64,000 nucleotides of DNA from contig CM075978.1 of the NCBI GenBank assembly GCA_038087875.1, positions 177,320,001-177,384,000 of the forward strand, given 5' to 3'. Below the pieces are notes generated by a model, which was not told the origin of the DNA, did no database searches, and saw only the letters and a program-made list of their open reading frames with translations. Each line of letters opens with the position of its first letter. The stretch's first letter is position 1. This stretch comes from Malacoraja senta (taxonomy: Eukaryota). Positions 36,601 through 48,600 of this stretch are shown in pieces. The position numbers and the translations under genes were made by a program.

Positions 36601-39600
36601 AAAAGTGTGGCGTGCAAAAGTATTCAGCCCCCCTGAGTCAATACTTTGTAGAACCACCTTTCGCTGCAATTACAGCTGCAAGTCTTTTGGGGTATGTCTC
36701 TACCAGCTTTGCACATCTAGAGACGGAAATTTTTGCCCATTCTTCTTTGCAAAATAGCTCAAGCTCAGTCAGATTGGATGGAGAGCGTCTGTGAAGAGCA
36801 ATTTTCAAGTCTTGCCAGAGATTCTCAATTGGATTTAGGTCTGGACTTTGACTGGGCCATTCTAACACATGAATATGCTTTGATCTAAACCATTCCATTG
36901 TAGCTTTGGCTGTATGTTTAGGGTCGTTGTCCTGCTGGAAGGTGAACCTCCGCCCCAGTCTCAAGTCTTTAGCAGACTCTAACAGGTTTTCTTCCAAGAT
37001 TGCCCTGTATTTGGCTCCATCCATCTTCCCATCAACTCTGACCAGCTTCCCTGTCCCTGCTGAAGAAAAGCATCCCCACAGCATGATGCTGCCACCACCA
37101 TTTTTCACAGTGGGGATGGTGTGTTCAGGGTGATGTGCAGTGTTAGGTTTCCGCCACACATAGCGTTTTGCATTTAGGCCAAAAACTTCAATTTTGGTCT
37201 CATCTGACCAGAGCACCTTCCTCACATGTTTGCTGTGTCCCCCACATGGCTTGTGGCAAACTGCAAACGGGACTTCTTATGGCTTTTTTTCTACAATGGC
37301 TTTCTTCTTGCCACTCTTCCATAAAGGCCCGATTTGTGGAGTGCACGACTAATAGTTGTCCTGTGGACAGATTCTCCCACCTGAGCTGTGGATCTCTGCA
37401 GCTCCTCCAGAGTTACCATGGGCCTCTTGGCTGCTTCTCTGATCAATGCTCTCCTTGCCCGGCCTGTCAGTTTAGGGGGACGGCCATGTCTTGGTAGGTT
37501 TGCAGTTGTGCCATACTCTTTCCATTTTCGGATGATGGATTGAACAGTGCTCCGTGAGATGTTCAAAGCTTGGGATATTTGTTTATAACCTAACCCTGCT
37601 TTAAACTTCTCCACAACTTTATCCCTGACCTGTCTGGTGTGTTCCTTGGGCTTCATGATGCTGTTTGTTCACTAATGTTCTCTAACAAACCTCTGAGGCC
37701 TTCACAGAACAGCTGTATTTATACTGAGATTAGATTACACACAAGTGGACTCTATTTATTAATTAGGTGACTTCTGAAGGCAATTGGTTGCACTGGATTT
37801 TATTTAGGGGTATCGGAGTAAAGGGGGCTGAATACAAATTTAATTCTTGACAACTGTGAGATGTTGCACTTCGAGATGTCAAACCAGGGTGGGACCTACA
37901 CGGTAAATGGCAGAGCCCTGGATAGTGCTGGAAAATAAGAGATCTGGGAACACCGATGCATGGTTCCATAAAAGAGGCGAGTCAGATAGACAGTGTGGTG
38001 AAGATGGTGCTGGGCACACTTGCTTCATTAGGAAGGATATCTGGTACAAAAGTTGGGACATCATGATGCAGCTGTCCAATTCAGTGGTGGGACCACACTT
38101 AGAGTACTGTGTGCAGTTCCGGTCTCCCTGCTGTTGAAACGATGTCATCAAGTTGGAAAGTGTGCAGAAAAAAATCACCAGAATATTACCTGGGCTTGCA
38201 GGCTTGAGTTATAGGGAGAGGTTGAGATGGCGGGGACTTTTTTCGTTGGAGTGTATGAGGCTGAGGGACGACCTTATTGAGGGTGCAAGATTATGAGGGG
38301 AATAGATAAAATGATTGTTCAGTCTTTTTCTCAGGGTAGAGATTTTCTAAACTGGAGAGCAAAGGCTTAAGGTGACAGGAGAGAGATTTAAGAGGGACTT
38401 AGAAGTGGATTCAATTATGCTTTTAAAAGGCATTTGGAAAGATATATGGACAGGAAGGGTTTAGAGGTCAATAGGTCAAATGCAGACAATCAGAACTAGC
38501 CCAATATGCCAACTTGGTCGGCCTGGACAAGGTGGGTCACAGGGCTTGTTACCTTGCTGTATGGTTCTATGACTAAAAATACCCTGAAGACAATTTGTAG
38601 CATCATACAGACTCAGATCCCTACTAGATCTCTTCCCCTTATCTTACATAATGCTCTCCAGTTCTATCTACCTCAAATTGTCATGTCTACTACTACTAAA
38701 ACATGGCATACTGGAAAATCACAGCCCAGACTGCAGGTACAATATACCACTATTCCTGGCAGGGGATGAGCAGAACAAAATGGTCAGACATTCAGAGCCA
38801 AAAGGCAGGTATAGTGACTGGACAAGCTTTCTGTTCAGGCAACTGCAGCCATGATCAGACATTCTGATGCAGTGTAATACCATGCACCATGCAGAGACGC
38901 AGCAGTGTCAAACAGAACCCGAACCAGGTATCAATCACATGGACTAAGCACTGAGCAAAACTCCCTTTGCACTGTTCAAAAGCTTCTTTGAATGCTATCC
39001 GGGGGTTAAAAAACTGGACCATGATTTGAACGGGATTGAGGTTGTGATTGCTGATCAAGCGGTAAAAGGGCCACATGGTGTGGGGCAGATAAACATCGAG
39101 TACCATCTTGTTCTCTATAACCATTGGTTATTGTTAAATCTACACCAACTAATAGTTCACAGCGTGAATCAGGAGCTGAGCCAGAGGCAATCACATGCTC
39201 GACGTGGAATCACGTTGTGTGGTGATGCCGCATGTACTTGAGATCTGAGCTGTGCCTGAAGCCTAATTTCACCTACTAGTGCATCCTAAATGCATACTCT
39301 CCCCGCACATGCACCTACCCACCCATGCATGCCAGTCAATCATACACCCACGCTGCCATGTGGCCTTTTCCCACCCATGCATGTTTGCATCCACTCACCC
39401 ACCGATGCACCAGTCACCATCCACACATCTATTCACCTGTACATTTAAGCACACACCCACTCATCCTTGGAGGCACACAGCCACACGCACATGCAAGCAC
39501 ACGGCTGCCATACATGCAAGCACACAGCCACCCATCCACTCACCCACCCACCCACGTCACCAGCGGAAGTGTAAGAGAATGTGTATCACTGCCTCTCCTT

Positions 39601-42600
39601 ACCTGTTCACTGGCCGGAGGCAGCTTGTGTGGCTCTGCTGTCTGAACGACGAGGTCATCAACAATGGCCTGGAGGTGTGTGATCTCCCCCAGCATCGCGA
39701 TCTCCCCATCCTGGAGAAAGAGAACTGTTTCAACCTGGCACATCTGGCGAAGCCAGCAAATGGCTGCCCTCTTCCTCCTGCCCCAAAGGTGAGCTTGCGA
39801 GGAAGTAAAGACACAATTTCCCACCATGCAGATCCAGAAAAAAACACAAAGTAGGGCATCACAGTCAAAACCAAACTTGCTCGCAACTGCAGCTCACTCA
39901 CAGGTACAAGATTCCAACGAAGCAACAGATTGGTTTTAATCCCTCCCCTGCTTAGGGAATGCAGTAAATGTACTGGGGTTCCACTTTCATTGGGGGATTG
40001 GGATGTAAGTACGATTATTGAACCTCCAGTGAGCATTGTGTGAGTCCTCCAATCTACCAAGTGCTTTATATTCAGAATAATGGATTCCTAAAATTAAGTC
40101 ACAGGGCGCAATCTATTTGAAGGGTGGTTTTCAGATAGCATGGTAGACATTGAGGTTGATGGTAGGCTTTATGAGCAGTTGATGACCCACTTTACATTCT
40201 TACCATCAAAGTATTTACCAGCACGCTGCTTCCTATCCAAACCATCAATTTAAGCCGCCATTAACCCCCAGGTGTCCAATTTCTGCCAATGGATTCTACT
40301 TACTAATGTCTGGTCAGGATTATGCTCACTCCTGACTGGATATTGGCAAGTGTGATCACTGCATAATCCAGAAGGTGTTAGTGCAGGCCAGATTATAAAA
40401 CACCACACACTGGCTCTCCCTAAAGGGGTTAAGAGGTACCAGAGTATGCTGGTGGTTTTTTTTTTATGGGGATGTCACAGTTAGAGTTAAACTGTTTTGC
40501 ATTTCATCCAGTTACAGCAATCCTGGACCAGACGGGGTCAAATTGAAGCAGCTGCCTCTCTGACAGGAAGAGAGCTTTTAAAGACAGAATTGGGGAATCT
40601 ATTCTACCTGCGGAGAACTTCCTGCATCTTTCTCATGATGTAATTGGTCAAGGGGCAACAGATTGGCACCTAGGCAGGTTGCCCACTTGAAAACAAATTG
40701 ATTTTCAACATGTTGAAAACTGCTGGATCATGAACTCCACACCGATTTAGAACAATGTTCTGTTTGAACCCTTTTCTTTAACACCGAGGCAAGCTCCTTA
40801 CCACCACAGGTTGTAAAAAGGTGATGAACGTGCAAAAGCGGCCTCTCTCCTCGATCAGAGCCTTGCGCACGGCCTGCTTCTCCGTCTCCTCCAGCAGCAG
40901 GTACATGTCATTCACATCCTGCACGGCATTCTCCACCTGGGGCCTCAGGTCTCCCTTACCTGGAGCAGGAAAGACAACACTAGGGTTTCACTGCAGAAAC
41001 ACTTGGGGATCAGCGTGCCAGAGAACGCCAGAGACGGCCAGGTTAGCTTAGATCAGACCTTGGAAAAAAATGTGACACTGACCAAAAATACAGGAAAAGA
41101 TGGTTTGCACAGAGAATAGTGCACTAAAACCTGAGCTGAAACCCATCAGTAAATGTGCAGGGAGATGCTGTGTGCAAAGCACTGACACCATCATGCAGAG
41201 CTACGCAATGACCTGCTGTGAGCAATGTGCTCCTCCTCCTTCAGTGAGGGATCAAAGAAGGTCAGTGACTGCACCCGAGGTTCGCAGGATAGAAATGTGG
41301 CTGTTTGCGTGATGCTGGGTCAGTACATTAGGTTAAGTGCACACATATGTCCTCAGACCAATTCCACCCAGACACGATCACCAGTGCAATTTAGCCTGGG
41401 AGAAGACTGCGCAATTTACACAGGGTCAACCAGACCCAATGGATCAATTTTCCAGAAAGCGCAAGTGTGCCACCTGCAGACCAGTACTGGTACTGTTCCC
41501 AACTTTGAATGACGCCCTGCTTTTGTCCAGAGTTTGCAGTAAGCCAATAAGGGATGGTGGGGAAATGTCTGGTCAACTGTTTGCCATGTCACCTTGTCAG
41601 TAAATTGCAAATGCCCTGGTTTCAGCTCTGCTTTTCAATTCATTTTTCATTATCTGGGCATCAATAGGCAAGGCAGTTACTGCCCGTCCCTCATGGGCCT
41701 TGAGAAGGTGGTGGTAAGACATCTTCTTAAACTGCTTGTGAAAGATTGCAGCAGGATCTGGATCGATTGGCCAGGCAGGCGGAGGAATGGTTGATGGAAT
41801 TTAAAACAGAGAAGTGTGAGGTGTTGCATTTTGGGACGTCGAACAAGGGCAGGACCTACACAATAAATGGTAGGACTCTGGGTGGTGTTGTACACCAGAG
41901 GGATCAAGGAGTACAGGTGTATGGTTCCTTGAAGGTCGAGTCGCAGGTGGATAAGGTGGTCAAAAAAGCTTATGGCACTTTGGCCTTCATCAGTCAGAGT
42001 ATTGAGTATATAAGTTGAGTGGCAGTTGTATAAGACTTTGGTGAGACCGCATTTAGAATATTGTGTTCAGTTCTGGGCACCATGTTATAGGAAAGATATT
42101 GTCAAGCTTGAAAGGGTTCAGAAAATATTCATGAGGATGTTGCCAGGACTAGAGGGTGTGAGCTATAGGGAGACATTGAGTAGGCTGGGTCTCAATTCAA
42201 TGGAGCGCTGGAGGATGAGTGATGATCTTATAGAAGTATACAAAATCATGAGAGGAATAGATCGGGTAGATGCACACAGTCTTTTGCCCAGAGTAGGGGA
42301 AGCGAGGACCAGAGGACATAGGTCAAGTCAAGTCAAGTCAAGTCAAGTGAGTTTATTGTCATGTGTCCCTGGTAGGACAATGAAATTCTTGCTTTGCTTG
42401 AGCACAACAGAACATAGTAGGCATTTACTACAAGGCATTCTATAAATATATACACAATGGTCAATATACTGATAAAGTGCATAGGTTCAAGGTGAAGGGG
42501 AAAAGATTTAATACGAATCCGAGGGGTAACCTTTTCACATAAAGGGTGATGGGTGTATGGAACAAGCTTCCAGAGGAGGTAGTTGAGGCTGGGACTATCC

Positions 42601-45600
42601 CACCATTTAAGAAAGAGTTAGACAGGTACATGGATAGGACAGGTTTGGAGGGATATGGATCAAGCACAGGCAAGTGGGACTAGTGTAGCTGGGACATTGT
42701 GGGCCGGTATGGGCAAGTTGGGCCGAAGGGCCTGTTTCCACACTGGATCACTCTGTGACTGTATGCTGCAGTCCATCTGGTGAGGATGCTGTTGGGGAAG
42801 GAATTCCAGGTTTAGAAGAGTGAAAGACCTGGTAATACAAGGATACAAGGACATTTATTATCAGTTTATTATTTATTTATAATATGTTTCCCAGTCAGGA
42901 TTGTGACTCAGCGGGGAACCTGCAGGAGGTGGTGTTCCCCTGGCCCTGCTGCCCTTTTCCCTCCTGGCGTCGAGGTCGGGGATTGGGAGTGCAGCTGAGA
43001 AAGGCCGAGGTTATATAATTTATATAGTTTGGGAATGTGCAAAACACACGGCAGTTAAAATGCATGCTGGAAGAGGTTGACTCTTCCGCCCCAGAAACTG
43101 CTGCTTTGCCCCTTTGCCAGAGGATGGGGTTGGGGAGAAGTAGTCAACGCAGGCAGGAATTGCAACAGAAGGCAATTAATTCTCTCCTCCATCAGTGCTG
43201 GCAGTCCCATGCCTTCCTGCAAAGGGCAGCAGAAGCAAGGGTCCCGATAAGAGCAGGACTGCAGTAATTCAAGCCACCGGCTGTCTGCCACTCCTTGAGC
43301 GTAAATAAAGATGGATGAGCAATAAATGCTGGCCCTGAGAAATGGATTAAAAAAATGAAATCCTGGCCGTTCCCTTATCCACCTGTCGTCACACTAAATG
43401 CTGTACTGATTAGCAAACACAACACAGGTTGGGAGCAGATAGACCATAATAAATGCTGCCGTTTCAGTCAGATCATATCAAAAACTGGGACAGTTCAGCC
43501 CTCAACATGCTGATAAGAATTCAGGAAGTCATGTTATAGCTGTATAGGACTTTGGTTAGACCACATTTGGAGTATTGTGTGCAGTTCTGGTTGCCCAATT
43601 GCAGGAAGGATGTGGAGGCTTTAGAAAAGTTGCAGATGAAGTTGATCAGAATGTTTCCTAGATTAGAGGATACTAGGTATAAAGTGAGAGTGGATTAACT
43701 TGAATTATTTTCTCTTGAGCATCGGAGGCTTTGGGGAGACCTGATAGAAGTATATAAATATATAAGAGGCATAAATAGAATGGACAGTCAGAACTTGTTC
43801 TCTGGGGTGGCAATGTCAAAGACGAGGGGGCAAAGCTTTAACATCAGAGGGGCAGGTTTAAATGAGATGTGCGGGACAAATTATTTTACACAGAGAGTGG
43901 TGGTGGCCTAGAAGACCCTGCTAGAGGTGGTGGTGGAGGCAGACACTGTGGTGGCATTTAAGAGGCTTACAGATAGCCACATGGATATCCATGGTTGTGG
44001 ATCAAATGCACAGATTTAACTTGGCATCATGTTCGGCACAGACATATTGGGACGAAGGGCCTGCAGATGCTGGTTTAAATCGAAGGTAGACACAAAAAGC
44101 TGGAGTAACTCAGCAGGACAGGCAGCATCTCTGGAGAGAAGGAATGGGTGACGTTTCGGGTCAAGACCCCTTCTTCTGTACCGTTCTATGTTCCATGTGT
44201 ACATAGATACACCAAACCGCAATTACAACATTAGACACAGATACACACCATAATAATAAGCATTATATATAGATAAGCCACATGGTAAAAACAAGCAAAT
44301 TACATAGATTCACCTCACTGCAATAAACAAAAACTGCACAAATAGACGACACCATATTAACAGGCAAATTACACATGCAGTAATATTGAACACTGTAAAC
44401 GGCGACACAGTCCAGAACAGTCATGCACAGCCAGAGGAAACACAGCAAGCAGGCAGCCCGTCCAGGTGCAGTATGCCACATCCAAATGAAATGACGGTTG
44501 AACAGTCAGTGTGGAGAGCAAGTGCTAGGTCAAGGCCTGTTGAAGCAAAATTCACGGCTACACTCTCACATCTCCGCAAGTACCATCATCATTCTCCCAC
44601 TCATCATCCTCCTCAGCCCACAGCCTCGACTGGGGATAGACGCAGAAGGAAGATCCCTCCACCCTGTCTCATCACACACTCCCAGGGCACGGGTTGGACT
44701 CCCGTGTAAAGCCCCCTCTACAGCGTCCCATCACACCTTCAGGGTCGGACATCGAGAAGAGCTCAATCGGTGAGCTGTAAGAAAACGCTAGGATTTGGTG
44801 AGACTTTGGAAGTCAGCTATGACAATGGACTACAATGGACTTCCATATTGTGTTTTTGATTTTTGTTTTTGGATTGAATTCTCTCTTTAATTTGTGTACT
44901 CGTGATGTCTTTACTATTTATTTCATTCCGCTTACATGTTTCTACTATTTGTTAAACTTTGTAAGGTGTCCTTGAGACTTTTGAAAGGCGCCCATAAATA
45001 AAATTTATTATTATTCTTATTATTAAAAGGTTTTCATTTCAGGAGATTACTGCTTTGCAAGGTTTTTGTCTGTTTTCGAGTATTGTGGGAGGGGCATGGC
45101 TGACAGATTGTCAAAATGAACTTGTAAGCTCTGGTGGGAACTGAGAAGGACTTAATTTTGATTGTTCACATCAGCTGTACTCCGTCACTCCAATTGTCCA
45201 GCCCAGTTTGCTGGGTGATGACGATTTTCAGCGATACCTTGGGCTTTCGTGAGGTCTGAGGAAGTAGACTTCTTCTGAAGCTGAAGAATCGGCACAGAAA
45301 ATCAACAGGCAGCTGCAAGGTTAATGAGTAAGTCATATGGGGCGATTTTTATTTTACGCAATATAGACTGAGACTGTAATAGTGCCAAGAGCTTGGATGA
45401 GGTGGAATTTGTAAATAGTGTTCAGGAAGTTTCCTTTGACAATATGTAGAGAAGGCATGGCTGGGTCTACTCTTAGAAAAATTGGGAAGGACAAGTGACT
45501 GAAGTGTTGGTGGGTGAACCTTTTGGAATCAGCAATCACTGTTCTATTAGCTTTAAGATACGGATAGAGCCAGGGCGGGCTATAAGGAGAGATAGAGCAG

Positions 45601-48600
45601 GGTAGGACTTTATTCCTTGGAGAGCAGGTGATTAGTGGTGATCTTGTAGAGGTGCATAATATCATGAGGGGATTAGATAGGGTAAATGCACAGTCTTTTA
45701 CTCAGAGTAGGGGAATCAAGGACATGGGTATGAGATGAGGTCGAGAAGATTTAATTGGAACCTAAAGGGCAGCTATTTTTATACAAATGGTGGTGGGTGT
45801 ATGGAACAAGTTGCCAGAGGAGGTAGTGGAGGCAAGTACTATCACAACATTTAAAGGACATTTGGACAAGTACATAGTTAGGATAGGTTTACAAGTATAT
45901 GGGACAAACGCAGGAAGGTGAGATTAGTGTAGATGGGGCATGTTGGTTGGCATGTGCAGGTTGGGCTGAAGGGCCTGTTTCTACACTGCATGGCTATGAA
46001 TATGGGAAGTGGGGGGGGGGGATATGAGGGAATGAATATGGGAGGGGGGGGGGCAGGAGAAAGAGCCTTGGAGTCTATGTGTCCTGGGGTTCAGCAGGGG
46101 CCTGAGACGTCGGGCAGCAGGACAAAGTTATGGAGGCAAAGGATTCCCCCGTAATGGAGGTTTCTGAGACTGCAGTTGGTCAAAAAGGAGACACACATTC
46201 TCTAAGTCGTGGATGACCTTGAGGTACAGGGGCCTCAGAAGGGGTGATTATTCCCACCAAGACCACATGCTCAGGTATCACAGCCACTGGGTTAGAGGAT
46301 GCAGTTCAGAAACCACCTGAGGGGGCAGATTTGGTTATGGGAATGGGTCCCCAGCCTATGCCCCTGTTGAGATTGTGTGCCCAGTTGACTGGTTCCCCTT
46401 TCCTCTCTGCCTGTGTTCGTACAGGTGGTGGTTCTTTGCCTGCACAGATACCTGTACAATGAGCACCCTCCTACATGGGTAGGAAAGAACTGCAGATGCT
46501 GGCTTAAATCGAAGGTAGACACAAAATGCTGGAGTAACTCTGCGGGACAGGCAGCATCTCTGGAGAGAAAGAATGGGTGACGTTTCGGGTCTGAAGAAGG
46601 GTCTCGACCCGAAACATCACCCATTCCTTCTCTCCAGATATGCTGCCTGTCCCGCTGAGTTACTCCAGCATCTTGTGTCTACCCTCCTACACGGCATGTG
46701 TTGGTGATGTATGTTCTCCACCAGGGTCATTGCTTTCTGGTCAATCAGCTCCTGGTCGTGGACATCTGTTGTACTGATAATTGTGATTATAGAATAAAAA
46801 CTAATTTGAAAAAGGTAAAATAAGGCAGGCATAGACAATATTCTTATTTATATGTTTTTGTGGTGATATTTCAATTAAGGTATTATAAAATGAAACAGGG
46901 CTGTGAAGGTTAAAAAAAGAGCAGGGGAAAAAAGCAGGTTAGACTCCACATAGAGTATAGCTCCACATAGGCAGTCCTGATACACCCCAAACACTGGGAC
47001 AGCATGGATGACATACAGAGTAAAGCATCCCAAAACTATCCCATCAAACAAGGCTGGGGCAGCATGGATAAGATACAGAGTAAAGCACCCTGACACTGTC
47101 CCATCAAATAGGGTTGGGAAAGCAGGCTTTAGACAGATTAAACCTCCGTCTACCATATTTCACCCACACTAGGCTGACATTCATACTTACTGCCCAACTA
47201 TAACCTTTCCATGTGAGACACGGACTCAGTTCACCGTCACAGGACAATCTTATCGTAGCACTTGCGCAGACTCTGACTGTACAACGTAACAAGGTGAAGT
47301 CACACATGTAAAAGAGAGAACGCGAGCTGCATCCGTGAGAGAAGAGACTTACCGAGAAGTTCTACAGGGAGGGGAGGAAAGGAGGAAAGGAAGATGGTCA
47401 GTGGAGGTAGTGGGAGAAGCAGTATTAGTGACCGAGGACAATTTATTACGGAAGAGGGCGTGTGCAGACAAAGTGGCACAACTGACTGAGTATCGGCACC
47501 TGTAAACACCTCACTTCTAACGCCACAGCTGAGGGTAATCTTGTTGGAGTTATTTCACCATCGTTGGTCATCTGTCCATCTGATATCCAGACCCCGGCAA
47601 ACAAGTCAAGGACGTCACCCGAATAGAGAGCAGCCCCCAGCACTCAGGGAGGTGCAGTGCCCTAGGTACTGCCTAGTGTCTAGAGAGGGGCAGTGCTCCG
47701 GGTAATGCCCTGTGTCCAGAGATGGGTAGTGGTCTGCATAATGCCCATGGCCGTGAGAGGGGCAGTGGTCTGGGTTATACCCACGATCCAGAAAGGGGTA
47801 CTGGGTAATGTCCCAGTGTCGAAAAAGGGGCCGTGTCCTTAATGCCCAGTGTCCAGAGAGGGGCAGGGCCTGCTACTGACCAGCAGTGAGAACAGCAGTG
47901 TCCTGGATAATGTTCAGTGCCCAGAGTAGGGCAGTGGTCTGGGTTCTGACCAGTTCAGGGAAGAATGATACCCTGGGTAATGACCAAAGGGCTGAGAATT
48001 TGTTGTTTGAAGTCTCACAGGAACATCGGTAGGTCCAGATTTATGAGGTTTATACACTGATAAACTCTCATGCACTTACAGCACTGTTGAGGCAGGTCAG
48101 TGCAAACTCAAACCCATAAACAGATCCACTCACCTTTCCGTGCTTTCTTCTGAAGTTTGAGAGTGTCAGATGATTTCTTCTTAATCTCATGTCGAGCTCT
48201 CTTATACTCTGAAGTTAAAAAGCAATGTTTAAATGTGGGTTGGGAAATCAGTGCTATTTAAGTAATGACAGTTCCAGCAAGTGTTGCATGCAGCAATGTC
48301 GGAAATCTTTCCCTTCTAACCGCCATCCCAAACTACTGGGACTCCAAACACTGGAAATGGGGGAGGTTTCAATCCATTGGGATTCCATAAACTGGGAATG
48401 GGGTAAGATTTCAGTTCATTGGTATTCGATAGATTGGAATGTGATAGGTTTAAGTCCATTGGGATTCAACAGACCGGGAATAGAGGCGATTCAATCCATT
48501 GTAATTCAATAGAGAAAGGAAGAGGAGAGATTAAAATCCAATGGGATTCTATAAACCAGGAACAGGGGTGGTTTCAATCCATTGAGTCCTTTTACACTGG

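Noticed and set aside
39279-39600. His/Thr/Pro-rich 191-aa ORF
   Set aside because: Derived from CA/CACC low-complexity sequence antisense to an MTSS2 intron and exon.
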